Shown piece after piece: positions 19,729 to 29,340 of a stretch of DNA of 64,000 bases. The stretch spans positions 3,552,050-3,616,049 of the forward strand of contig CP070695.1 of NCBI GenBank assembly GCA_020353515.1. The letters run 5' to 3'. This DNA is from Candidatus Heimdallarchaeota archaeon (GTDB lineage Archaea; Asgardarchaeota; Heimdallarchaeia; Hodarchaeales; Hodarchaeaceae). Position numbers and translations under genes: made by a program. The notes under the pieces are model-generated. The model had not been told where the DNA came from. It saw nothing but the letters and a program-made list of their open reading frames with translations, and did not search any database. The stretch's first letter is position 1, and each line of letters begins with the position of its first letter.

Positions 19729-20244
19729 CTACTTAATGATAGGTTTTCCTTTTAAAAGCTTATTTACTTCATCAGGATGGCTTTTAATAACCCGTCGGCA
19801 CGCTTTACGAGTGATGAATAGAGTTTTTTTATCATATGTATTTTTATCAAGCCACTTCTGAAGAGTTTTTATTACAAGGTTTGGATGTCGTCTAGAGATA
19901 TCTGCTGCAGTTTCTATCACTGGTAAAACGAAGATAAAGTTAATTTCCTCAAAACTGCAATTTCTAGCAATCAGAGATGCAAGATGTCTGACTTGCCAAC
20001 GACCGTTATTTATTAAAACTTCTAGTGATTGTTTTTTCACTGATATTGGGACTTTTTCTGCTATAATCTTTTGTCTAAGTTGACGTAAGGTCCAAACAAT
20101 ACCCTTCCCGATCCTCTGAGACTGGGGAATACTATCCTTGATCTTCTGAATCACCTCATATAGTGGTTCAGTATTTTTATCTACTAATAGACAATTGAAA
20201 ATATTATTCATTGACATTTTCTGTTTCTCAGGGTAAAAATACAT
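19729..20244 (-). CDS. Short HEAT-repeat protein resembling DNA alkylation repair enzymes (AlkD-like); possibly internally deleted
   Basis: WQVRHLA, ISRRHPNLVIKTLQKWL, FITRKACRRVIKSHPDEV; short for the family. Confidence 0.45.
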   Translation of the reverse strand: MYFYPEKQKMSMNNIFNCLLVDKNTEPLYEVIQKIKDSIPQSQRIGKGIVWTLRQLRQKIIAEKVPISVKKQSLEVLINNGRWQVRHLASLIARNCSFEEINFIFVLPVIETAADISRRHPNLVIKTLQKWLDKNTYDKKTLFITRKACRRVIKSHPDEVNKLLKGKPIIK

Positions 20245-20332
20245 TAGAAGGAAATTCTCTCAAAGTTATTTTGTCATAATTTTTAAGCATCCGATTAAAA
20301 TATCATCAAAAAGAGTTGCTTTATCATCTTTT

Positions 20333-21394
20333 TTGGTTGATACATTAGGAGTTTGTCTAGTGGGATCATTTGTACCTAGCGATTTGATTGAGTATCCAAT
20401 TATAAATTACTTCAAATATAGGAATAAAGGAAAAATTAAAGATAAAGATCTTTCTTCATCATTTATTTCAGAATATACTCAATATTATCGGAAGGATCCC
20501 CGAGACTTCTTTCTTGAGAACTTTAAGCCGAAAACTTTTGATATCAAATGGAATAACCCAGTTTTTCGAGGTAAATTCCATCGATCTACAGGTCAATTAC
20601 TTAGTCCATTCCAACCATTATCTTCGATTCTCCAAGAACAAAAATACTATCCAAATCTCAATATGGTAGCGCACCACTATAAATCTAAGAACATTAATAG
20701 TACAAATAAGCAGACTGTGGTTCTTTTCATCCATGGATACGCCGAAACAACTTTTATTTTTCATGAAGTGAGTTATTTTAAATTTTTCAATAAAATATTT
20801 CATAGTGATGTTTTTGCGCTCGAACTACCCTATCATTTTAATCGTCAACCAAAAGATTCACCTTTTTCTGGAGCTTATTACCTCAATGGTAATCCGATTC
20901 GAATGTTGGAAGCAATTAGACAGTCTATTCAAGAAATTCTTCTTACAACCCTTTATTTAAAGGAAAAATATGAACGAATTATCTTATTTGGCGTCTCTTT
21001 AGGAGGACATTTAGTAGCGCTAGCTACTCAATTTCTCAGTGAAGTGGATATGATTTGCGCACTAGCTAGTCCATTTATCTTTAGTTTGAATCCTAAAATC
21101 GTACCTATTTCTACTGAAATTGTCTCACAGTTGAAAAGGAGAAATCAGACCAAGTGGTATAGACTCCTTTTTGCATGTAACTTGAAATATTTTGCCCCTT
21201 TTACTACTAATCGTCATACAGCAGTTATTGGGGGCCACTACGATCGTATTGTCGCTTTCAATCGAGTTCAGAGTCTTGCGAGAATGTTGAACAAACCACT
21301 TTTTTCTTACCCAGGTGGGCATTTATCTCTTATTTTTTGGCTTCGATCTCTCCTCTGTCGTATAAATCAACTATTTGAAGAATTAAGAGAGTAA
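20333..21394 (+). CDS. Alpha/beta hydrolase
   Basis: FIHGY, ELPYHFNR, nucleophile elbow GVSLGG, YDRIV, YPGGH. Confidence 0.88.
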   Translation: MVDTLGVCLVGSFVPSDLIEYPIINYFKYRNKGKIKDKDLSSSFISEYTQYYRKDPRDFFLENFKPKTFDIKWNNPVFRGKFHRSTGQLLSPFQPLSSILQEQKYYPNLNMVAHHYKSKNINSTNKQTVVLFIHGYAETTFIFHEVSYFKFFNKIFHSDVFALELPYHFNRQPKDSPFSGAYYLNGNPIRMLEAIRQSIQEILLTTLYLKEKYERIILFGVSLGGHLVALATQFLSEVDMICALASPFIFSLNPKIVPISTEIVSQLKRRNQTKWYRLLFACNLKYFAPFTTNRHTAVIGGHYDRIVAFNRVQSLARMLNKPLFSYPGGHLSLIFWLRSLLCRINQLFEELRE

Positions 21395-21547
21395 ATTATC
21401 TCAAGATTGGATTAACTTCAAGGATTACATTATAACTTATAATTACCTCTTTCAGATATTTAAAAAATTATTGTGCTGATGATCCTATTTGCTAAATCTA
21501 CACTAAAACTTTAATCAAAAATGCTGGTCTAATGCTTAAAGAGAAGA

Positions 21548-24500
21548 ATGCTTTGTGGTAGTGAAACCGTGAAAATCCAGATAGAAGGTGCAAATGAAAA
21601 CAACCTAAAAAACATTAATGTTGAATTTGAAGACGGTTTAACTGTTGTAACTGGAATTTCAGGTAGTGGTAAAAGTTCCCTAGTCTTTTCAACACTTTAT
21701 CGTGAAGCCCGACGACGCTTTTCGGAAATTTTTGCTCAAGGGTCTAAACCCCGATTAGCTCCTGCTCATGTTCATCATATCTCAGGGTTAAGGCCTACAG
21801 TTGCAATCGAACAAAATGTCCTCAATCGTAATCCACTGTCAACGTTAGCATCAGCGTCAGGGTTACACCCTTTCTTCAGAATTTTCTTCATTAATTATGG
21901 CCAACGTCGTTGTTCTGAATGTGGATCAAAGATTAGGATTTATTCGGAGGATGAGATAATAAATCTGATATCCCAATTTCTAAAAAACAGTCCAATCACT
22001 CTTTATGCACCTCTAGTAAAGGGAATAAAAGGAAGTCATAGATCTCTCCTCCAAAGTCTTGTTAAGGAGTTTGGTAAGCAAGCCCTACTTGTGGATGGGA
22101 AAAAGTATCAACTAAAAGAATTGAATCCACAAGAGTCCCATGACATTGAAATTAAGACAATAAGGATTGAAGAACCTCTTTCAATTACTGAAATCAGAAA
22201 ATGTATTCAAAATATTGCAGCTCTAGGAACAAATGCGTTAAAGATTAAGTCTGGGAACCAAAATCAAAACCATTTAACATTATCATTTTCTAATGTCTGT
22301 CCAATATGTAATAGGTGGATCCAAGAAGTAAAAGCAAATATTTTCAATACATCATGTCCTTTTTGTAAACGAAAAGGGTGTGATAACTGTCTGGGAACAG
22401 GTTTACATCCAGAAGCTTTATCAATTACTTGGAACGGAATGAGCTTACCAGATCTCCTAAATTTGTCAGTTATTGAAGTTAATGATCTTTTCAAATATCC
22501 AGAGCTTCCATCGTCTGCAGATCGCTTGATTTTCGAGATACAAAAGCGATTAAAAGCATTATTAACAGTTGGATTAGGATATATAACGTTAAACCGTTCA
22601 TCCCCGACGTTATCTCGAGGAGAGTCCCAAAGAGTACGCATAGCTATAGCATTAATGAGTCGATTAGAAGATATGGTTCATGTATTAGATGAACCGACAA
22701 TTGGGTTAAGTATAACAGATGTCACTAAACTACTTCCAGCATTTCGACAACTTAATGGCCCAGTAATATTTGTTGAACATGATCGGATCGCAGCAGCCTC
22801 TGCAGATCAGGCAGTTGATCTTGGCCCAGGTGCAGGTATTAAAGGCGGAGATGTAGTATTCAGTGGAACATTACCTTCCTTATGGAAAACAGAAGGTTAC
22901 ACTGGTCGTTACTTCAGCCTGCAAGAAAGTGTGAGAATTCCAAAACATCGTTCTCCTCCTAATCAGTTCTTAGAGGTAATTCAAGCCAATCACCACAATC
23001 TAAAAAGGATAAACGTCAGAATACCAATTGGTCGTTTAACTGTGATAACAGGACCCAGTGGGAGCGGGAAGAGTACATTTGTAGAAGAAGTACTAAATTC
23101 ATCATTGAAAAATGGAAAACCAATTGGATGTAACAAAATTAAAGGATTAAAACTAAAACCTATTCTAGTAGATCAGTCACCAATTGGGAAAAATCCGCGA
23201 TCGAATCCAGCAACATACACAAATTTAGCAACAGTAATTCGAGATATCTTTGCTAAATTTACGAAGCTCTCCTCATCTCATTTCTCTTTTAATCGTGAGG
23301 AAGGTTGGTGTAAGAACTGTAAGGGAATGGGAGCAATTGAAGTTAAAATGAGGTATTTACCTTCAACTTGGATTCGATGTGAAATTTGTCAAGGAAAACG
23401 CTTTTCTGACGAGGTTCTTTCATCAAAAATAAAATTCAGGGAACAATCACTTTCTATAGCAGATTTTTATGAATTTTCGGTTGATGAGGCGTTTAAGTGG
23501 TTTATGGAAGGCACTAAAACTGCGATAACATCAAAAAGTCGATCTACAGCAATACGAATTCTGGAAGCGTTACAAGACATAGGTTTAGGTTACCTTCCCT
23601 TAGGACAACCGTCCCCAACTCTCTCTGGTGGAGAAGCACAGCGAGTAAAGTTAGCTAAATACCTCGGAAAGAAATCCCTAAAAGAACAGATGATTATACT
23701 TGATGAACCATCCACAGGCCTCCATCCACATGACATAACATGTTTATTAGATGTCTTAGATAAATTAGTTCGCTCAGGGGCAACATTAGTAGTTGTCGAA
23801 CATAATTCTGATTTTATTCGGGCAGCTGATTGGATTGTTGATCTTGGGCCTGAAGCAGGGCCTGAAGGAGGACAACTCATCTATAACGGCACTTCTCAAG
23901 GATTACTAAATATGAGTGAATCATTGACAACCCACGGCCTTCAGTATGAGGAAACCATACGTCCGAAGTCAAAGAAAATTCAACTTGATAAGAAGTCAAA
24001 CTCACTCCAGATCAAAAACGCTTCAGCTAATAACCTGAAAAATGTAACAATTAAACTTCCTAAACAAGCAATAACAGTTGTTACGGGAGTGTCAGGTTCA
24101 GGAAAATCAAGCTTAATTAGTGATGTGTTAAAAGCTGAAGCAGAAAGACGTTATCTCGAAACATTATCCCTCTATGAACGTCAGGGTTTAAAGGAAGGCC
24201 CAGAAGCACCAGTTGAAGCAGTATCAGGACTTGGTGTTACTATTAGCATTGACCCACGTCGAATAGGTAGATGGTACAATTATCGGGCAACTGTGGGTTT
24301 ATTAACAGAAATTTCTCACTATTTACCAATTCTATTTTCAAATCTTGGGGAATATCATTGTTCTGATTGCAATATATCTTGTCAAAAACATCAACAAGAA
24401 TGGATATGTCCTAAATGCGAGAAAAACTTTCCTATCCCTGAACCTAAGTACTTTTCACCATCAAATTATGCATCTGCTTGTACTAAATGTCAAGGAATAG

Positions 24501-26464
24501 GAACCCTTCAAATACCTAAACCAGAAAAACTAATTATCCATCCAGAAAAACCTCTGTGCAAAGGAGCGATGTACTCTCCAGGATTCTTTCCAAAGGGGTA
24601 CCTGTGCAAACGATATAATGGTGGGTATTATGTCATTAAAGCTTTAGCTGAACGATACAATTTCGATCCAATATCTACTCCTTGGAATGAAATGAGTACT
24701 GAAGCCCAACATGCTTTTCTATTCGGAGTAGAAGAACCACTAGAAGTCGCATTTGAAAGCAGGAGTAAAAGAATTGAAGATTATACTAGAACGATTAACT
24801 TTAGAGGTTTCTATGGGTGGATAGGGGATTGGGATGTCGGAGGAACCTATACCACCTCAGAATTGTGTCCTGAATGTAATGGGACAAGATTTAGACCAGA
24901 ATATCTTAAAGTAACTTTGAATGGTTACAACATTCACGAACTAAATGAGATGCCCTTTAATCATCTCTTGAGGGAATTAGAAAATCTATCATTACCTGAT
25001 ATACACGCAAACATTACAACATTTAGCTTGAAGACAATTCTTCATCGCTTAAAGTTTCTTAATCAGGTTGGGTTAAGTTATATCAACGCATCACGAATTG
25101 TTATGACGTTAAGTGCTGGGGAGGCACAACGTATAAGACTAGCAGGATTATTAGGAAGTAGTTTAACCTCTCTTACTGTACTAGCTGACGAACCAACCAG
25201 GGGGCTACATCCGAGTGAAATTGATGGATTATTAGCAGCTCTAAGTAACCTTAGAGAGACTAATACAGTTATTGTTGTGGAACATGATCCCCAAGTGATA
25301 AAAGCAGCAGATCACGTGATCGATGTAGGACCTGGACCTGGGCTTTCTGGCGGCGAAATTGTAGCACAGGGGACAGTTGAAGATGTTTCAAATTCCGAAA
25401 CTATAACGGGAATGTGGTTGAGAGGAAAACGACATTTCAAGCGTCCTAAAAAGTATGAATTCACTAGAAAGCCCAAAGGATGGTTAAAATTATACGGTGC
25501 TTCTCAAAATAACCTTAAAGGAGATCCAATGGAAATCCCATTAGGTACCCTTGTAGGTGTATGTGGTGTTTCTGGGTCAGGAAAAAGTACCCTTTTGATC
25601 GATACTTTGGGTCGCATCTTAGCTCCTAAAAAACACACAACTTCAGTTGCATATGAACCAATAGAGCCAGGCAAATATAACTCAATCGAAGGAGCTCCCT
25701 CAAGGGCAATGATTATTGACCAATCCAAGCAAGAAGTGAATACACCTTTAACCTATTTGAACTTGAAGAAACCACTCTTTGTATTATATGCTGAATGTGA
25801 TGATGCAAAAGCTCTTGAATTAGATGAAAAGGAATTATATAAGCAATGTACTGCTTGTAAAGGGAGGGGAAGAAGTCGATTGGACATGGGATTCCTTCCT
25901 GATGTATACACTCGATGTGATATTTGTCAAGGAACGGGTCTTACAGCAGAGGCGTGGATGGTTCGATTACATGGATATACATTACCAGAGTTATATGATT
26001 TAACACTTACTCAAATTTATGATCTATTTAAATATGATGAGAGAATTTCTAATCCATTAAAAGCAGCAAAAGAGGTGGGACTCGGTTATTTAGTTTTACG
26101 ACAACCACGTATCCACCTGTCAGGAGGAGAGTGCCAACGCTTGAAAATCGCAAAAGAACTCTGTAAAAAGAAATCTAAAACATCTACTCTTTATATCTTA
26201 GATGAACCTACCGTTGGTCAGCATTTACAAGATGTTTCTCGATTATTAAAGATTTTTCACCGATTAGTTGATGAAGGTAACACTGTTATAGTAATTGAAC
26301 ACCACCCCCATGTCCTTGCAGCCAGCGATTGGCTTATCGAAATCGGGCCTAGAGGAGGACCAGAGGGAGGTTATATAATCGCGAGTGGTACACCATTTGA
26401 AATATCTAAGGGAAATACACCCACGGCACAATATCTAAAGTCTGTGTTGGAGGGCCAATTATGA
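21548..26464 (+). CDS. uvrA: Double-length UvrA-family ATPase (four ABC nucleotide-binding domains)
   Basis: Four Walker A motifs (GISGSGKS, GPSGSGKS, GVSGSGKS x2), four signatures (LSRGESQR, LSGGEAQR, LSAGEAQR, LSGGECQR), four DEP Walker B, D.GP..G..GG motifs, multiple CxxC zinc modules. Confidence 0.93.
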   Translation: MLCGSETVKIQIEGANENNLKNINVEFEDGLTVVTGISGSGKSSLVFSTLYREARRRFSEIFAQGSKPRLAPAHVHHISGLRPTVAIEQNVLNRNPLSTLASASGLHPFFRIFFINYGQRRCSECGSKIRIYSEDEIINLISQFLKNSPITLYAPLVKGIKGSHRSLLQSLVKEFGKQALLVDGKKYQLKELNPQESHDIEIKTIRIEEPLSITEIRKCIQNIAALGTNALKIKSGNQNQNHLTLSFSNVCPICNRWIQEVKANIFNTSCPFCKRKGCDNCLGTGLHPEALSITWNGMSLPDLLNLSVIEVNDLFKYPELPSSADRLIFEIQKRLKALLTVGLGYITLNRSSPTLSRGESQRVRIAIALMSRLEDMVHVLDEPTIGLSITDVTKLLPAFRQLNGPVIFVEHDRIAAASADQAVDLGPGAGIKGGDVVFSGTLPSLWKTEGYTGRYFSLQESVRIPKHRSPPNQFLEVIQANHHNLKRINVRIPIGRLTVITGPSGSGKSTFVEEVLNSSLKNGKPIGCNKIKGLKLKPILVDQSPIGKNPRSNPATYTNLATVIRDIFAKFTKLSSSHFSFNREEGWCKNCKGMGAIEVKMRYLPSTWIRCEICQGKRFSDEVLSSKIKFREQSLSIADFYEFSVDEAFKWFMEGTKTAITSKSRSTAIRILEALQDIGLGYLPLGQPSPTLSGGEAQRVKLAKYLGKKSLKEQMIILDEPSTGLHPHDITCLLDVLDKLVRSGATLVVVEHNSDFIRAADWIVDLGPEAGPEGGQLIYNGTSQGLLNMSESLTTHGLQYEETIRPKSKKIQLDKKSNSLQIKNASANNLKNVTIKLPKQAITVVTGVSGSGKSSLISDVLKAEAERRYLETLSLYERQGLKEGPEAPVEAVSGLGVTISIDPRRIGRWYNYRATVGLLTEISHYLPILFSNLGEYHCSDCNISCQKHQQEWICPKCEKNFPIPEPKYFSPSNYASACTKCQGIGTLQIPKPEKLIIHPEKPLCKGAMYSPGFFPKGYLCKRYNGGYYVIKALAERYNFDPISTPWNEMSTEAQHAFLFGVEEPLEVAFESRSKRIEDYTRTINFRGFYGWIGDWDVGGTYTTSELCPECNGTRFRPEYLKVTLNGYNIHELNEMPFNHLLRELENLSLPDIHANITTFSLKTILHRLKFLNQVGLSYINASRIVMTLSAGEAQRIRLAGLLGSSLTSLTVLADEPTRGLHPSEIDGLLAALSNLRETNTVIVVEHDPQVIKAADHVIDVGPGPGLSGGEIVAQGTVEDVSNSETITGMWLRGKRHFKRPKKYEFTRKPKGWLKLYGASQNNLKGDPMEIPLGTLVGVCGVSGSGKSTLLIDTLGRILAPKKHTTSVAYEPIEPGKYNSIEGAPSRAMIIDQSKQEVNTPLTYLNLKKPLFVLYAECDDAKALELDEKELYKQCTACKGRGRSRLDMGFLPDVYTRCDICQGTGLTAEAWMVRLHGYTLPELYDLTLTQIYDLFKYDERISNPLKAAKEVGLGYLVLRQPRIHLSGGECQRLKIAKELCKKKSKTSTLYILDEPTVGQHLQDVSRLLKIFHRLVDEGNTVIVIEHHPHVLAASDWLIEIGPRGGPEGGYIIASGTPFEISKGNTPTAQYLKSVLEGQL

Positions 26465-27483
26465 ACTGGATACCATTACTCTTAGCGGATCCGTCTCCAT
26501 GTTTACGATTGCTAGTTTTAAAGGAACTTTTACATAAGAAGGAATCAGACCCAGAAATCCAAGAATTGAAAGAGATGTTGAACTCAGATCCCTTGATAAT
26601 AAACCTGATTTCATTCCAGCAATCTGATGGATCATGGAAAGAAATAGATTCATCTACTTATACAGATAAAATTACGTCAACTTCGATGGTGTTGTTGAGA
26701 TTCGGATTCTTAGGGTTTTCCTCGGATCATCCTACCGTTCAGAAAGGGATTGAGTTTCTATTTTCAAAACAATTAGAAGATGGTTCATGGCCTCTTCCTC
26801 TTAAGAGTCAGAAAATCGATGGAGGGTATGATATGATCCCTTTACAGACAGCATTTCCCTTACGTGCTATAGCAGCATGTGGTTATTCTACTGATAAACG
26901 AGCTGAGCGTGGGTTTGATTGGTTACTGACTCACCGTTTAGAAGATGGGTCATGGCCAGCAGGGACGAAAGCTGGGACAAGGGGTTTCATTGCTGGATAT
27001 CGAAAACTCGCTCATTCCCGTTGGGGATGTCGTACGAATACGACTGCAATATTACACTGCTTAGCTTTACATCCCCAACGTAAAACCAGCAAAGAAGCTC
27101 GCAAAGCATTAAGGTTACTCTTGGCTCGAGAAACTCGGGAGAAACACACTCTCGGATTTGAAGTTGCCCGGATAATTGGATTTGAACCAATGAGTGGATA
27201 TTTCACCCATTTTGCGAAATTTGATGTAGCATTTCTTCTTCAACTATGTTGGCGAATTGGGGCGAGTATTGAGGATGAAAGAATAGCTAACCTGTTAGAA
27301 TTCATCTTCGACCTACAGGGATCTTATGGGTTATGGGAATATTCCCCTTATCCTCCAGCTTCTCGTTGGGTGACATTTGATTTATTACGATCTCTCTCTC
27401 AAATAGATGATACGACAGATTGGATAAATTTGGAACCCCGTACTCCATTCAAGGCTTATCCCAAGATAACGAAACGGTTTTGA
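26461..27483 (+). CDS. Prenyltransferase/squalene-cyclase-repeat (alpha/alpha barrel) protein
   Basis: QW-like repeats QQSDGSW, QLEDGSW, RLEDGSW, QGSYGLW; no DxDD motif; ATGA overlap with the uvrA stop. Confidence 0.8.
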   Translation: MNWIPLLLADPSPCLRLLVLKELLHKKESDPEIQELKEMLNSDPLIINLISFQQSDGSWKEIDSSTYTDKITSTSMVLLRFGFLGFSSDHPTVQKGIEFLFSKQLEDGSWPLPLKSQKIDGGYDMIPLQTAFPLRAIAACGYSTDKRAERGFDWLLTHRLEDGSWPAGTKAGTRGFIAGYRKLAHSRWGCRTNTTAILHCLALHPQRKTSKEARKALRLLLARETREKHTLGFEVARIIGFEPMSGYFTHFAKFDVAFLLQLCWRIGASIEDERIANLLEFIFDLQGSYGLWEYSPYPPASRWVTFDLLRSLSQIDDTTDWINLEPRTPFKAYPKITKRF

Positions 27484-27496
27484 AAAAATGAAATAG

Positions 27497-28834
27497 TCAT
27501 TCTATAGTTGATTTAGTAACAGGAGTAGCAACTTCTTTAACAATTTCTAGAAGCTGTAGGATTTGGGACTGGTTATGAGCCATTGATAACGACCCCAAAC
27601 CATGTAATCCTATAATACCACGATTGAACAATGCAAGTTGGAGTAAAGATTCGCGTTTTCTGTCAGTTAATTCTATAATTTCCTTGATTGTTGGTTCCTC
27701 TACCCATTTTGACATGATGTGAAGCATTATGATCGATTTAAATCCAGTTGCTACAATTGGTAACATTTCTTCTCTGAAGAATTGATCCAATTCTTGTTGA
27801 AGTTTTGTCCCTTCGGTGTTAATTCGTTTATACTCCTCGTTTGATTCTTTCAATAATTCTAAGGTCTTTAATCCAGTAGCCATACTAAGAGGATACCCAG
27901 AAAATGTACCACCCCCAATTAGAACTTGGTTCTTCATCCCAGGTGTAGCAAGTGCAATAACTTCTTTTTTGCCCCCGACAGCCCCAATAGGTAATCCTCC
28001 TCCGATAATTTTCCCCATGGTTGTTAGATCGGGAAAAATTCTTAGATCGTTTTGAAGTAGTCCATATGAAAAGCGATATCCAGTAATAACTTCATCAAAA
28101 ATTAACAAAGCCCCACATTTTTCAGTTTCTTCCCGCAGTCTTTTTAGGAAATCAGTATCAACAGGAAAACCACCTCCCCCTCCTAGTACGGGTTCTAAAA
28201 TAACAGCAGCAAGATCAGTTGCATTCTTCTGAATGAAATTAAAGATTTCTCTACTGTTTATTGGAAAAGTAAAGACACCTGCTTCTTCTTTATCCAAGAT
28301 ACCTGGGGTATCTTTACCAACGATTATGCCACCTACATCGTAAAATAAGGTGTCATTTGCTCCATGCCACCCAAGTTTCGCTTTGGCTACTACTCTTTTT
28401 TTCGTAAAGGCTCGGGCTAACCGTGAAGCGTACATAGTCGCTTCGGTTCCACTAGTACAAAATCTTACCTTTTCAATACTTGGATTGTCTCGAATAAGTG
28501 TTTCTGCTAATTTAACCTGATTTTCTGTATTCGTTCCAAAGTGCCATCCATATTTAGATCGGTCTTCTATCACTTTTTGAATTATAGGATGGTTATGTCC
28601 TAGAATCATGGCAAAATGACCGTTCCAACAATCAATGTACTCATTTCCATCAACATCCATGAGTTTGGAACCTTTAGCAGAATGGATAAATGAAGGAAAA
28701 GCACCAATAGATGGAAGGCCAAAATTCCTGATATTATGAGAAACTCCTCCTGCTAATGATTGGAGAGATTTTTCCCATAACTGTTTTGATTTGGGCCGTT
28801 TTCTTTGATAAATATCAATTTCCTCTTTTAACAT
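27497..28834 (-). CDS. Class III aminotransferase, glutamate-1-semialdehyde aminomutase-like
   Basis: DVDGNEYID, RFCTSGTEA, WHG, ILEPV, LIFDEVITGYR, TTMGKIIGGGLPIGA, GGTFSGYP. Confidence 0.88.
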   Translation of the reverse strand: MLKEEIDIYQRKRPKSKQLWEKSLQSLAGGVSHNIRNFGLPSIGAFPSFIHSAKGSKLMDVDGNEYIDCWNGHFAMILGHNHPIIQKVIEDRSKYGWHFGTNTENQVKLAETLIRDNPSIEKVRFCTSGTEATMYASRLARAFTKKRVVAKAKLGWHGANDTLFYDVGGIIVGKDTPGILDKEEAGVFTFPINSREIFNFIQKNATDLAAVILEPVLGGGGGFPVDTDFLKRLREETEKCGALLIFDEVITGYRFSYGLLQNDLRIFPDLTTMGKIIGGGLPIGAVGGKKEVIALATPGMKNQVLIGGGTFSGYPLSMATGLKTLELLKESNEEYKRINTEGTKLQQELDQFFREEMLPIVATGFKSIIMLHIMSKWVEEPTIKEIIELTDRKRESLLQLALFNRGIIGLHGLGSLSMAHNQSQILQLLEIVKEVATPVTKSTIE

Positions 28835-28983
28835 GAAAAAAACCTTTAAAGTTTTAAGTTTACTTGAGTAAATGACTTTTAATCAAGTTTGGCTATTGCT
28901 ATTGTTTTTCTGACAGATAAATTTAGTAAATATTAATTTAAAGTGTATGATGATATAGAAAGATACTAATTATGTGACCTGAA

Positions 28984-29310
28984 ATGATCCCCCAAATTTC
29001 AATCAATGAAATGATTAAGAAAATAAAAAAGCCTTGGAGCCCAGTTGTGATTGCTAGGGTTAATGATCAAGTTATACGCCTAGCGATGTTCAAAGGTTCT
29101 TATCCAATGCACAAACATTCTAATGAGGATGAATTATTCTACGTTTACCAAGGGAAAATTTCAATCCAATTAGAAAAGGGCGAAAAAATTATTCTCAAGC
29201 AAGGAGAAATGACTGTGGTTCCCAAGGGTGAGAATCACAGTCCTATAAGCGAAGAAGAAAGCTTTGTCTTAATGTTTGAACCATCCATATTAGAAAGCAG
29301 AGGAGATTAA
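28984..29310 (+). CDS. Cupin domain protein
   Basis: HKHSNEDELFYV, VVPKGENHSP. Confidence 0.9.
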   Translation: MIPQISINEMIKKIKKPWSPVVIARVNDQVIRLAMFKGSYPMHKHSNEDELFYVYQGKISIQLEKGEKIILKQGEMTVVPKGENHSPISEEESFVLMFEPSILESRGD

Positions 29311-29340
29311 CACATATTTCCATAAATCTAAGCTACTTAA

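Noticed and set aside
26461-27483. Squalene-hopene or oxidosqualene cyclase (hopanoid/sterol synthesis)
   Set aside because: Only 340 aa, a single barrel, with no DxDD or DCTAE catalytic motif.
27497-28834. Firm hemL assignment
   Set aside because: Family is clear, but the C-terminal region is divergent and no tetrapyrrole genes are adjacent; left as hemL-like.
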